DNA of 63,950 nucleotides, counting the filler, from Vicugna vicugna (taxonomy: Eukaryota), in assembly GCA_013265495.1 (NCBI GenBank). It is 75 parts of 75 records of this genome, joined end to end, with 100 filler letters (N's around TTAATTAATTAA, not from the genome) between each part and the next. Parts side by side here need not be neighbours in the genome. Positions count along the whole stretch, not along the records: positions 24,340 to 25,249 come from PNXW01009307.1; positions 25,350 to 25,907 come from PNXW01009309.1; positions 26,008 to 26,763 come from PNXW01009310.1; positions 26,864 to 27,681 come from MU059428.1; positions 27,782 to 28,389 come from PNXW01009313.1; positions 28,490 to 29,217 come from MU059429.1; positions 29,318 to 29,795 come from PNXW01009316.1; positions 29,896 to 30,609 come from PNXW01009317.1; 67 more parts are not named here. One strand, given 5' to 3'. The notes beneath the pieces are model-generated. The model ran no database searches, was not told the origin of the DNA, and saw nothing but the letters and a program-made list of their open reading frames with translations. This document shows positions 24,340-37,115 of the stretch, in pieces. The translations under genes and the position numbers were made by a program. The first letter of the stretch is position 1; the number at the start of each line of letters is the position of its first letter.

Positions 24340-25249
24340 ATTGCAAATAATTATGCAATGAACATGGGAATGAAAATATCCTTTGGGGGCTCCTGGCTCC
24401 AATTATTTAGCCTATATACCAAGAAGTGTGATTGCTGGGTCATATAGTAATTCTGTTTTTAATATTTTGAGGATCATATTGTTTTCCATAACAGCCGGGC
24501 CATTCTACACTCTCATCAACAGTGTACAAGGTTTCCAGTATCTCCACAGCCTCTCCAACACTTTTCTTCTGTTCTTTTGATAACAGCCACCCTAACGAGT
24601 ATGAAGAGCTATCTCATTGTCTTCATCTGCATTTCCCTGATGGTTAGCGATGCTGAGCACATTTTCTTACACCTGTTGGCCATGTGTAATGTCCTCTTTG
24701 GAAAAATGTCTATTCAAGATTTTGCTCATTTTTAACTTGGTTATTTGTTTTTTGCTATTGAGTTGTAGGAGTTTCTTATATATTTTGGATATAAACACCT
24801 TATCGAATGTAAGTTTGGCAAGTAGATCCTCCCATTCTCTTAGGTTGTCTTTTCATTTTATTGATTCTTTGTGCAGAAGCTTTTAGTTTGATACAGTTTC
24901 ACTTATGTATTTGGGGGTGTGTTTCCTGTGTGTTTGGGTGTCATATGCCGGGAATATTTGCCAAGGCCAGTGTCAAGATGTTTCTCCTCTATGTTTTGTT
25001 CCAGAAGGTTTATAGTTTCAGGTCTTGCATTTAAGTCTTTAATCTATTTTACGATGATTTTTACTTACAGTGTAAGATAAGGTCCCAGATTCATTCTCTG
25101 AATGTGGATATTCAGTTTTCCCACCACCCTTTGTTGAAGGGACTATGCTTCCCCCCCTTGTGTGTCCTTTCTCCCTTTTTGAAGATCAGTTGATTACATA
25201 GATATAGGTTTATTGTGAGTCTGTTTTGTTCCATTGATTCATACGGCTA
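24340..25249 (-). mobile_element. L1 ORF2 3' fragment
   Basis: ATTGCTGGGTCATAT, TCTGCATTTCCCTGATG, GTGCAGAAGCTTTTAGTTTG, GTTCCATTG antisense motifs. Confidence 0.92.
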
Positions 25250-25514
25250 NNNNNNNNNNNNNNNNNNNNNNNNNNNNNNNNNNNNNNNNNNNNTTAATTA
25301 ATTAANNNNNNNNNNNNNNNNNNNNNNNNNNNNNNNNNNNNNNNNNNNNAGGTCACTGGCGGGGACTCGGGAGTAACGTGAAGGGGGCTGAGAAATTACT
25401 GACACGGGGAAAGAGGTGTATGAAAACACACTATATTGACTTTTCTATTTTAAGTGTGTCAAAGTCAGAGTTTATTATGCTTTTAATTTCCTGCCTTTAA
25501 AGGAATACAACTAC

Positions 25515-25792
25515 TTATTTTGTACTTAAAATATTTTATATTTAAAATGTGCTTCTTAGCTTATCTCATTTTCAAGGCAAAATACTGCCACGATCGACAT
25601 TTTCTCATAATGAGAAGGAAAAGCCAGGCTGGACTAACAAGATAACCCTTAAATTATTTTGTACTTAAAATATTTTATATTTAAAATGTGCTTCTTAGCT
25701 TATCTCATTTTCAAGGCAAAATACTGCCACGATCGACATTTTCTCATAATGAGAAGGAAAAGCCAGGCTGGACTAACAAGATAACCCTTAAA
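25515..25792 (+). repeat. Perfect 139-bp tandem duplication
   Basis: 25515-25653 identical to 25654-25792. Confidence 0.92.
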
Positions 25793-26007
25793 TCTAAGTG
25801 TAATAAGTGTCAGTTTACTGATCTAAGTACTGCTGGGCTAACTCATAAGTCTGAAGTTTAGTAAGTGTTGGTTTACTGGGCTAACAAGTTAACGCATAAG
25901 TCCTAGCNNNNNNNNNNNNNNNNNNNNNNNNNNNNNNNNNNNNNNNNNNNNTTAATTAATTAANNNNNNNNNNNNNNNNNNNNNNNNNNNNNNNNNNNNN
26001 NNNNNNN

Positions 26008-26763
26008 GTAAATTACATGTTTATTTGTGAGATTTCGCTCAAAGAGTGTTTTTTGGTGTCAAATGTCTGATGTTAGAACCTGGTGATAGAAAAACCTATG
26101 AAGTCAGAGTAAATATGTCTAAGTCTATATGTGCATTGTTCGGAGGATGAAAGGTCAGTAATCCACATGCTCACAAGTCAGAAACGCATGATTGCCAAAT
26201 CCGTCATACATGCATCATGTAAGGAACCCGGAATGCCATGTTGATGGAATTCATGTAAATTACATACCTATTACGTGGAAATCGCTCCAGAACTATTTTT
26301 CTGTGAAAAAACCACAAATTCGAAACTGGTGTTAAGGAAAGCTTGTGAAAATAAGCTTGTGAAAATATGTACACGAGTCTAGATGATAATATTCCTTTTT
26401 TAGAGGATGAAAGATTAGTAATCCACATGCTCTCAACTCAAAATGCATGTTTGTCAAATCCGTCATGTATTTAGTATTTATGGAACACGGAATATCATGT
26501 AGATGGAATCTATTCAAATTACATATCTCTAGGGTAGAATTCACTCCAAGAGGGTTTTTTTGGGGATCACAGTGTGATTCTTTATACTGGTGACAGGCAG
26601 AAACAACGAAGTCAAAATAAATATATCAAAGTGCATAGGTAACATGTTTGGTGTTTGAAACTTCAGTCAGGCGCATGTTCACAACTGAGAAATGCATGTT
26701 TGAGGAATCCGGGATGCATGAAACATGTTCGTTATACAGAATGCCATGGTTATGTAAACAATG
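26008..26763 (+). repeat. Satellite B, one full trimer with a 14-bp internal duplication (AAGCTTGTGAAAAT x2)
   Basis: Unit of about 755 bp including the 14-bp duplication. Confidence 0.92.
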
Positions 26764-26863
26764 NNNNNNNNNNNNNNNNNNNNNNNNNNNNNNNNNNNNN
26801 NNNNNNNTTAATTAATTAANNNNNNNNNNNNNNNNNNNNNNNNNNNNNNNNNNNNNNNNNNNN

Positions 26864-27681
26864 TTTTTCACAGAAAAATTTTTCTGGAGCGATTTCCAAC
26901 TAACAGATCAGTAATTTACATGAATTCCAACAACATGGCATTCCGGTTTCTGTACATGCTACATGTATGACGGATTCTGCAATCATATGTTTCTGGCTTG
27001 TGAGCATGTCCATTACTGACCTTTCATCCACCAAAGAAAGTGTATATAGGCTTAGAAATATTTACTCGGACTTCATAGTTTTTTTCTATCACCAGGTTCT
27101 AAAATCGGACATTTGGCTCCAGAAAACCTCTTTGAGCGAAATCTCACCAATAACCATGTAATTTGCATTGTTTACATAANNNNNNNNNNNNNNNNNNNNN
27201 NNNNNNNNNNNNNNNNNNNNNNNNNNNNNNNNNNNNNNNNNNNNNNNNNNNNNNNNNNNNNNNNNNNNNNNNNNNNNNNNNNNNNNNNNNNNNNNNNNNN
27301 NNNNNNNNNNNNNNNNNNNNNNNNNNNNNNNNNNNNNNNNNNNNNNNNNNNNNNNNNNNNNNNNNNNNNNNNNNNNNNNNNNNNNNNNNNNNNNNNNNNN
27401 NNNNNNNNNNNNNNNNNNNNNNNNNNNNNNNNNNNNNNNNNNNNNNNNNNNNNNNNNNNNNNNNNNNNNNNNNNNNNNNNNNNNNNNNNNNNNNNNNNNN
27501 NNNNNNNNNNNNNNNNNNNNNNNNNNNNNNNCTCTATAAAAGGAATAATTTCATCTAGATATGATATGTGATTTTCACAGACTTTCCTTAACACCACTTT
27601 CGAATTCGTGATTTTTTCACAGAAAAATAGTACTGCAGCGATTTCCACCTAACAGATATGTACTTTACATGAATTCCAACA
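26864..27681 (-). repeat. Satellite B; gap 27180-27531
   Basis: TTTTTCACAGAAAAA..GCGATTTCCA on both sides of the gap. Confidence 0.9.
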
Positions 27682-27781
27682 NNNNNNNNNNNNNNNNNNN
27701 NNNNNNNNNNNNNNNNNNNNNNNNNTTAATTAATTAANNNNNNNNNNNNNNNNNNNNNNNNNNNNNNNNNNNNNNNNNNNN

Positions 27782-28389
27782 CAGATGCAGTCTTAGTGTT
27801 TGACTGCAGGTTTGGTGGAATGGGACAAAGTTCTGGGTTTCCTGGAATAGCAGGCTCATGGTCTTCCTTCTGGGGTATTGGAATGTGACCCAGTCATGTG
27901 TTTCCTGCCGAAGTGGCCTCAGGATATCCCTGCAGGGCTGTTGGAATTGTACCTCACTGTGTATCACCTGCAGGATCAGGTTTGTGCTCTCCAGCAAGGC
28001 TGGCGTATTTGGACCTATTCCTGGGTCTCCTGCAGAAGCAGGCTTTCAGTCTTCCTGCAGGGCTTCTGGAATATGACATATCTCTAATTTTCCTGCAGGA
28101 TCAGGCTTGTGGGTCACCCAGCAAGGCTAGTTGAATTGGACCCACTTCAAGGTCTTAGTGCATGGTTGATGGAATGGGACCCAGTCCTGGGTCTCAAAGG
28201 AATTGGTTCAGAGTCTCCTTGTAGGACTGGTGAAATTGGACCGATTCCTGAGTCTCCTGCAGGAGGAGGCCCTGCATCTTCCTGGAGGGCTGGTGGAATA
28301 TGACAGAGATCTGTTTCTCCTGCAGGAACAGGCTCAAGATCTCTCTACAAGGCTAGTGTAATTGGACACATTCCTGGATCCATTGCAAG
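27782..28389 (+). repeat. Satellite/minisatellite F (~63-bp diverged units, CCTGCAGG-rich)
   Basis: GGAAT-type anchors at 27817, 27880, 27943, ~28005, 28068, ~28132. Confidence 0.8.
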
Positions 28390-28489
28390 NNNNNNNNNNN
28401 NNNNNNNNNNNNNNNNNNNNNNNNNNNNNNNNNTTAATTAATTAANNNNNNNNNNNNNNNNNNNNNNNNNNNNNNNNNNNNNNNNNNNN

Positions 28490-28806
28490 CTCCATTGTAT
28501 ATTCTTACCTCCTTTGTTTTAGATTAATCGTCCAAAATGTAAGTGGTGTGTTTATTTCTGGGCCCTCCATTCTGTTCCGTTGTTCTACATGTCTGTTTCT
28601 GTGCCAATACCACTTTGGATTACTGTAGCTTTGTGGTATAGTCTAAAGTCTGGAAGTGTGATATCTTCAGCTTTCTTCTTTTCTTCTCAGATTTCTTTGG
28701 CAATTTGAGGTCTTTTCTGGTTCTATGTAATTTTAGGACTTTTTTTTCTAGTTCTGTGAAAAATATCATGGATATTTTGATACAGATTGCATTAAATCTG
28801 TAGATT
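28490..28806 (-). mobile_element. L1 ORF2 fragment (older L1-like sequence may continue to 29217)
   Basis: GTGCCAATACCAC..GATTACTGTAGCTTTG..GATTGCATTAAATCTGTAGAT. Confidence 0.88.
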
Positions 28807-29663
28807 TAATAGGTCTTTTTTATTCTTCTTTTGCAAGTTTAACTCATTAATTTCAAGTATCTTTTCTTTTCTAATACAAACATTTAAGGCTGTAAGTTTT
28901 CTTCTAAGGACTACTCTATCTGAATTTCACCAGCTTGACACACAGTGTTTTTGTTATTTTTAAATTCTAATTATCTTCTTCATCTTTTNNNNNNNNNNNN
29001 NNNNNNNNNNNNNNNNNNNNNNNNNNNNNNNNNNNNNNNNNNTTTTTTTTGAAAAAATATGTTGTTTTCCCAATCTTTCTTTTTTATTAATTTCTCCTTT
29101 AGTCACTTTTTTGGACAGAGACTATAGTCTGTATGATGTCAGTCTTTGAAATAACTTGAGGCTGGCAGTATGAACTTAGAATTGACCAGTATTCATTAAG
29201 AAAATAATCCTTGCTTTNNNNNNNNNNNNNNNNNNNNNNNNNNNNNNNNNNNNNNNNNNNNTTAATTAATTAANNNNNNNNNNNNNNNNNNNNNNNNNNN
29301 NNNNNNNNNNNNNNNNNCCAGCATCAACAGAAACATCCGAGTCAAAGCTGACATTTTAAAAATCTACTTCTTATGCTTATATATATATATTTCAAACATG
29401 GATATCAATAATAACATCTGCCTTATTTATGTCATCTTTCAATTAAATTTGAAGAAATAAAAGGAATTAGGAATAAGAAGACTGTACTTCTTTTCAGAGT
29501 GAACTTTGTATTGCAAAATTTACCTGATTTGAATGTTTGTAAATTCTTCATTTCTCTTGTTTTATTAGGAACAGAATCTTTCACTCCAACTGCAGGCTGA
29601 ATGGTTTTTGAAACAAACCGATTAATAATGTACATTTGATAAAATCTATAGTAATAATTCAAG

Positions 29664-29762
29664 GGGGGAGGGTCTAGCTCAGTGCTAGAGTGCCTGCTTA
29701 GCAGTGCTTGGGGTATTGGGGTCCTACGCTAAATTCCCAGTACCCTCATTAAAAAAAAAAAA
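29664..29762 (+). mobile_element. Short tRNA(Ala)-derived SINE (camelid Vic-1-like), degenerate, with A-tail and probable TSD
   Basis: GGGGGAGGGTCTAGCTCAGTG..TAGAG..GCTTAGCA..CCCAGTAC + poly(A); AATTCAAG flanks both sides. Confidence 0.75.
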
Positions 29763-30259
29763 ATTCAAGATAAAAGTATAAAAGTTTTTACCTTCNNNNN
29801 NNNNNNNNNNNNNNNNNNNNNNNNNNNNNNNNNNNNNNNTTAATTAATTAANNNNNNNNNNNNNNNNNNNNNNNNNNNNNNNNNNNNNNNNNNNNTTGCT
29901 TGATTTCCAGGGTCTTGTTAGTTTTCATTGCTCAGCTGCCATTAGTGTATGTCCATGTGGCCTCTCATGGGAAGGTCACTATTTCTTGATAGACTGAGTT
30001 ACTAATCAACAAAAAGCTCTGGACCCACTCATATTTTCCAGAGTTTTTCTGCTGACCTGCTGACACTATATATAAATGAGACCTAACAAACTACTGGATA
30101 TAAAATCTTTATTGTTATCATTTGCCCTCGAGTTCCATAACCCTCGAGTTCCATAAGAATGGGGTGCTGTCTCAGGCTGTCTAAGGCTAGATCTGAATAA
30201 AAATAGGGTGATAGACTGTGCTGCTGGACCCTCCCCAGTCGAATGGGATTTCAACCTTA

Positions 30260-30420
30260 GTTTTTAGAATCAGGCAGATTAGTTCAAATCTTGTCTTTAC
30301 CAGTTATTAGCTTTGTGACCTTTGGGAAGTAACTTTACTTTTTTGGGTTCCAATTTTCTTTATCTGTAAATAAGTTCAGTATTTATTTTTGGGTGTTTGT
30401 TTTAGAATTGAATGAGCTAA
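30260..30420 (+). mobile_element. MIR SINE fragment
   Basis: GAATCAGGCAGA..GTTCAAATC..TAGCTTTGTGACCTTTGGGAAGT..TCTGTAAA core. Confidence 0.7.
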
Positions 30421-31907
30421 TTCCCTCATTTATTCCTAAAATACTGATCACATGGTTCTATGCTGGTGCCTTAGTAGTTGATTACTAAGGGACTCAGCAG
30501 TGAAAATGGGGGTGGGGCCCGCTGGATCATAGAGCTTATATTCCAGGATATGCTTGTAAAAGAGTGGATTGCAGTGGATTTTTAGTAAATGTCCATTCCC
30601 TTCCTAATCNNNNNNNNNNNNNNNNNNNNNNNNNNNNNNNNNNNNNNNNNNNNTTAATTAATTAANNNNNNNNNNNNNNNNNNNNNNNNNNNNNNNNNNN
30701 NNNNNNNNNAAGGGGCTTCCCCAGGCCCAGCCGCCTGGTGTTCCTCAGTGGGAGGAGAGTGCTTTGTCCTGAGCCTGGAAGAAGCATCCTGAGACCATGT
30801 CTCACTGTCACAGGACCCCCTCACCTGTGTCCCGGCTGTCCTGTGTCTCTACTCATGTCTCTGAGCAGGGAAGGGTAATCTTAGGTCCATGAGGACAAAG
30901 CAGCTACTTGGTTGGGACATTTGTTGTGGCAGAACTCCTGTTGCAGGAGCTGCTAAGTGCTCAGGTATCTCTCAGTGACAGGGACTGTCTCAGGCCTGAC
31001 AGGAAGGAGACTGACCGATGACTCCTGGAGGGGCTTCTACTGATCCCCCTTGCCAGTGGTGTCAGGCTTGCTCCTGTTTGATTTGGGAAAGGAAGATGCC
31101 TACCTGAGCTGCCTCTGTTGCTAGTTTAAGGGATCAGAAAACNNNNNNNNNNNNNNNNNNNNNNNNNNNNNNNNNNNNNNNNNNNNTTAATTAATTAANN
31201 NNNNNNNNNNNNNNNNNNNNNNNNNNNNNNNNNNNNNNNNNNCAGCAGAGAGAATTAAAACTGCAGTCCAAAGAGACAATGCTTAGATCCTAGCAGCCTA
31301 ACTAGAAATCCATGTTTTGTTAGTTTTTCAATATGCATTAATTCTTCAAAAATAGTTTGAAAGCAACTTTTGTGTACATGGTCCCAAACAGCCAGACGAA
31401 GATGTGGGAAATTCCATAACTCAAATATCCCCATGTCTGATTCTAATGAAGTGGGACATCTGGATAAGCAAAATGGAAATTCAACCTTCATACAGATGCT
31501 TTACACTGAAAAATTAACACATTTAATATGAACTTAACTATAAAACAAGCACTGTGCTAGGTAACAGGAACACAAATATGAAAAAGAAGATAATTACGAC
31601 TGTCGAGAAGCAGAATCCTTACAGTAAAAGAATGCAAACCAACAATTCCAGCTCAACGTTTTAGGAGGTTAAAGATAGAAATAAGCACCAGGCACGGGGG
31701 AGAGGAAAGAGGAGGGGACAATCCAGAAGATAACAGTAAGCCTGCACACAGGATAAGGGGCTTCAAAGAGTTACTTTCTCTAAATGAGTGCCAACAAAGC
31801 AGCTGGTNNNNNNNNNNNNNNNNNNNNNNNNNNNNNNNNNNNNNNNNNNNNTTAATTAATTAANNNNNNNNNNNNNNNNNNNNNNNNNNNNNNNNNNNNN
31901 NNNNNNN

Positions 31908-32792
31908 CAGACCCCATGATCAAGTGATCATGTAAAGATGGTTCAACCTCTGTAAATTAATCAATGTGATATACCACACTAACAAAACGAAGGATAAGAA
32001 TAATACTATCTTAATAGATGCAGAAAAAGCATCTGACAAAATGCAGCACTCTTTTAGATGAAAATTCTCAACAAAATGGCTATAGAGGGAACACACCTCA
32101 ACATAATAAAGACCACATATGACAAGCCCACAGCTAAAATCACGAACAAGACAAGGATGCCTACCCTAACCACTTTTATTCAACTTAGTATTGGAAGCCC
32201 CAGCCCAGAGCAATGAGGCAAGAAGAAGAAATAAGAGGCATCTGAATTGAAAAGGAAGAAGTAGAACTTTCACTATTTGCAGATGACATGATATTTTACA
32301 GGAAACCCTAAAAACTCCACCAAAACACATTTGTTTATTGGTTAGAACCAATAAACAAATTCAGTTAAAGTTGCAGAATACAAAGTCAATATGAAAAATA
32401 ATCTGTTGGCTTCTATACACTAATAATGAACTATCAGAAAGAAAAATTAAGAAAATTGCATCAAAAATAATAAAATACTTGGGAATAAATTTAACCAAGG
32501 AGGTGAAAGACCTACACATTGAAAACTATAAGACATTAATGAAAAATTGAAGACTACAAATGAATGAAAAGATATTCCATGCTCATGGCTGGAATAATTA
32601 ATGTTGTTAAAACGTCCATAGTACCCAAAACAATCAGTAGATTCAGTGCAATCCCCATCGAACTTCCAATGGCATTTTTCACAGAAATTGAACAATCTTA
32701 AAATTTGTATGGAACCACAAAAGGTCCCAAATAGCCAAAACAATCTTAAGAAAGAAAAACAAAGCTGGAGGCAGCATGCTCCCTCATTTCAA
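31908..32792 (+). mobile_element. L1 ORF2 reverse-transcriptase fragment, disrupted
   Basis: IDAEKA.DK, RQGC, SLFADDMI (~32271-32294), KYLGINLT motifs with deletions and stops. Confidence 0.95.
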
Positions 32793-33773
32793 NNNNNNNN
32801 NNNNNNNNNNNNNNNNNNNNNNNNNNNNNNNNNNNNTTAATTAATTAANNNNNNNNNNNNNNNNNNNNNNNNNNNNNNNNNNNNNNNNNNNNGTGCTTAA
32901 CTATTAAAAAGTGTTTGCATAATTCAAGACATACTGCCAATATGCCAACCAAAATCTGATTTATAAACAAAGTTAAGGATGTTAGCTTTATAGTCTATAG
33001 TCAATAAGTCTTTAGTACCTTTGATTTGAAACTTTATTTTTTTATTAGTTTTATATATTGACTCTCCTTAAAGAAGTCAAAGAACTATGGAAAGATCACT
33101 CAAACAGTATTTATTGTAATACCAAAAACTCTCTGGGAGCAAGAAGTGGGAGGTCTAAGATGGGTAAACAGAAAAAGAGAAAGAGGTGGGAGGTGAAGTG
33201 GAGCAGGGTGATTCTGACTGGTGATAGACGAATCATTAACACACTCTGTTCCAGGGCTGGCACAGTGGAACACTGTGTAATCTAGTTGGAGCATGAGGAT
33301 TCATTCAGCGTGGATTGATTATGCTAATGAACATCTGGTCATTCTGAAACAGTTGGCCAGTGACCAGTATTTGGTTATAAAGTGGAACCTGAGTTTTTGG
33401 GGGTGAGACTAAGTTTAACCTAGTTATTAAATTTAAAAAATGTCATACAATGATCACTTTGTTTAAAACACAAAAAGTAATCAGTTTTGAAAAGGATTTT
33501 TTCTTCCAAGAAAAGCCACTGATGTTAGCACCATGAGGAGGAAAAATCTGATATTTCTAGCTCCTCTTTTCCACTCTGCCTCAACCCTCAGCTGAAGGGA
33601 ATCCTTTCAATCTGTCTCAAGGAGCTTACTTGATACACTCTTTCTAGGAAAGTTGTAGTTAATAGCAGGACTGNNNNNNNNNNNNNNNNNNNNNNNNNNN
33701 NNNNNNNNNNNNNNNNNTTAATTAATTAANNNNNNNNNNNNNNNNNNNNNNNNNNNNNNNNNNNNNNNNNNNN

Positions 33774-34327
33774 GTAGAACACAGAATATAGAATATATAA
33801 TACAGAATATAGAACACAGAATGTGGAACAAGGAATGTATAACACAGAATTTAGTATATAGAATACCGAATACTCAATAGAGAATATGAATATAGAATGT
33901 AGAGCACAGAATTTAGAATATAGAATACAAAATACTGAATATAGAATTAAGAATATACAATGAATAACACAGAATATAGAATACGGAATGCAGAATATAG
34001 AATGTAGAACACAGAAAATAGAATATGGAAAACAGAATAAAAAACCAGAATTGAGACCATGGAATGCAGAACACAGAATATAGAATATAGAAAACAGAAT
34101 ACTGAATATAGAATTTAGAATATACAATATAGAACACAGAATGTAGAATATAAACTACGGAATGCAGAATATAGAATGTAGAAAACAGAATATAGAATAT
34201 GGAAAACAAAATACAAAACCCAGAATTGAGAATATGAATGAAATGCAGAACACAGAATTAAGAATATAGGAAACAGAATCGGGAAAATGAATTTTAAGAA
34301 TATACAATGTAAAACACAGAATATAGA
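33774..34327 (+). repeat. Satellite E with ~174-175-bp higher-order period
   Basis: GAATATGGAAAACA..CCAGAATTGAG at 34021 and 34195. Confidence 0.9.
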
Positions 34328-34427
34328 NNNNNNNNNNNNNNNNNNNNNNNNNNNNNNNNNNNNNNNNNNNNTTAATTAATTAANNNNNNNNNNNNNNNNN
34401 NNNNNNNNNNNNNNNNNNNNNNNNNNN

Positions 34428-35514
34428 CGTTGGTGGAACCTCCCCACTCTGAGGTTTCCGGAAGCATTCTCATTGCGTGTGGGAGTTCGAGAGACATCTC
34501 CACGCAGCTCTCTTCATTCACAGGTGGGTTCCCTGTTCGGGGAAGTCCGAGCAATAACTTCCCTGACCTTGGGGAGGCAGCCTCTGTCACTGGGATTCCC
34601 TGCAATCCCCCCTAGCATTCCCTGGCAGAGAGACATTAGGAAAACCCTCAGGGGATGCGAGCTTAGGCATTCCGTTAGAACCCAGTAGCTGCCGACCATT
34701 GGTGGAACCTCCCCACGCTCAGGGTTCCGGGAGCATTCTCCGTGCGTTGGGGAGCTCGTGAGACAAATCCACGCAGCTCTCTTCAGTTTCAGGTGGGTTC
34801 ACTGTTCGGGTAAGTCTGAGCAATACCTTCTCTGACCTTGGGGAGGCAGCCTCTGTCACTGGGATATCCTGCAAACCCCCCTAGCATTCCCTGGCACAGA
34901 GACATTAGGAAAATCCTCAGGGGAGGCGAGCTTAGGCTTTCCGTTAGAANNNNNNNNNNNNNNNNNNNNNNNNNNNNNNNNNNNNNNNNNNNNNNNNNNN
35001 NNNNNNNNNNNNNNNNNNNNNNNNNNNNNNNNNNNNNNNNNNNNNNNNNNNNNNNNNNNNNNNNNNNNNNNNNNNNNNNNNNNNNNNNNNNNNNNNNNNN
35101 NNNNNNNNNNNNNNNNNNNNNNNNNNNNNNNNNNNNNNNNNNNNNNNNNNNNNNNNNNNNNNNNNNNNNNNNNNNNNNNNNNNNNNNNNNNNNNNNNNNN
35201 NNNNNNNNNNNNNNNNNNNNNNNNNNNNNNNNNNNNNNNNNNNAGGTTTCCGGAAGCATTCTCAGTGCGTGGGGGAGCTCGAGAGACAACTCCACGCAGC
35301 TCTCTTCATTCACAGGTGGGTTCCCTGTTCGGGGAAGTCCGAGCAATAACTTTCCTGACCTTGGGGAGACAGCCTCTGTCACTGGGATTGCCTGCAAAAA
35401 CCCCTAGCATTCCCTGGCAGAGATAATAGGAAAACCCTCAGGGGAGGCGAGCTTATGCATTGCGTTAGAACCCAGTAGCTGCAGACCATTGGTGGAACCT
35501 CCCCACGCTCAGGG
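34428..35514 (+). repeat. Satellite A, 269-bp variant; gap 34950-35243
   Basis: GGTGGAACC at 34432 and 34701; CAGGTGGGTTC insertion in every monomer. Confidence 0.93.
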
Positions 35515-35759
35515 NNNNNNNNNNNNNNNNNNNNNNNNNNNNNNNNNNNNNNNNNNNNTTAATTAATTAANNNNNNNNNNNNNNNNNNNNNNNNNNNNNN
35601 NNNNNNNNNNNNNNAGAAGCTAGTTAAGAGTGTGGAGAAATAACAGAAGCAAGAATGGTCAAGGAAACATAAATGGATCGTTCACTTTATCTGCGGAGGA
35701 TATAAATGATGCATCTATTTTATAAGTATCCTTTTGAAAATTCAAAACCAAAACCAAAA

Positions 35760-35975
35760 CTAATATTTATTGAATGTTTTCACAATGCCAAATTGACATT
35801 ATATTAAGTTCTATGTACAATATCTCTCTCAAGCTTTACAATACTTTGTGAATATGGCATTATTCCCATTTTATAGATGAGGAAAGTGACACTGAAAATG
35901 GATAAATTGGAAAGTGGTGAATCTAGACTAGCTCTAATCTGTTTAGTTTCGACATCACCATCTACTACACAGAAG
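35760..35975 (-). mobile_element. MIR SINE fragment
   Basis: ATATTTATTGAATG..ATTATTCCCATTTTATAGATGAGGAAA core. Confidence 0.75.
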
Positions 35976-36688
35976 GGTTCAGGGCATAGCACGGGCAGCT
36001 GTCCTGACACTAGTAAATCCAAATAAGAGGGTGCAGTGCAGATATACATTCCTTGGCCTTTGCCATGGAAACCCCCTGGACTGCAGTTCTCTTCATGGGG
36101 TGACTTATCTCATAACCATCTATTGCACTGACCCCCTCTCAAACTCAAACACTCCCTATGGACTATTAAAAACAAAACATAACCAAATAAATCTCAAGTC
36201 ACCTCTTATTGAGTGACTAGCGACTGAGGCTACATTTTTCAAAACCACAAAGGATAAGATCAAGCTATTTGTTTTGGAGGTTTAAAAATTGGTTCTACAT
36301 TCACTACCCTAAATGTATCAGATCTAAGCCATTCCTAGCTTGGCTGGAATTATGAGAAATTTTTCTTTTTTCTTTCACTTTTTCTTTAAATAAAATGCCT
36401 CTGTGAGCTCACAGACAGATACATATCTAAAATGCACCTTGCTTTTCATACCACAAAATACTCACTTGGGCAAGATTAGTACAACAGCAGGAGGAAATCC
36501 CAACCTTTAAAATCCCACAGTTTTGACATAGAGATAAAATTTTATGGTTATCAATAGATCTGAGATTATGGGAAGGTCTTGCTAAAGGNNNNNNNNNNNN
36601 NNNNNNNNNNNNNNNNNNNNNNNNNNNNNNNNTTAATTAATTAANNNNNNNNNNNNNNNNNNNNNNNNNNNNNNNNNNNNNNNNNNNN

Positions 36689-37115
36689 AAAAATCCACAA
36701 ACAATAAATGCTGGAGAGACTGTGGATAAAAGGAAACCCTCCAACACTGTTGGTGGGAATGAACTTTAGTGCAGCCATTTTGGGAGACAGTGTGAAGATT
36801 CCTCAAAAAATTAAGAATAAACTTACCCTATGACCCAGCAATCTCACACCTGAGCATATAAACAGAGAGAATTCTAATTTGAAAAGTCATATGCACCCTA
36901 ATGTTCATAGCAACACTATATACCATAGCCAAAACAAAGAAACAACGTGAATGTCCATCAACAGATGACTGGCTACAGAAGCAGTGGTATATTTATACAG
37001 TGGAATACTACTCTGTCATAAAAAATAATAAAATAATGAAAAATAATGCCATTTGCAGCAACACAGATGCATCTGGAGATCATCATTCTAAGTGAAGTAA
37101 GCCAGAAAGAGAAAG
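36689..37115 (+). mobile_element. L1 ORF2 C-terminal fragment
   Basis: AAATGCTGGAGAG..ACTGTTGGTGGGAATG; MFIA.L.TIAK, CPSTD.W, YTVEYYS. Confidence 0.93.

Noticed and set aside
31255..31491. Minus-strand 78-aa ORF with an acceptor-like TTTTGCTTATCCAG
   Set aside because: No recognisable protein similarity; cannot be supported without a BLASTX or RNA-seq check.
31908..32792. Reverse transcriptase (FADD motif) as part of a novel RT system
   Set aside because: An ordinary decayed L1 ORF2 with deletions and stops; neighbouring sequence is artificially joined.
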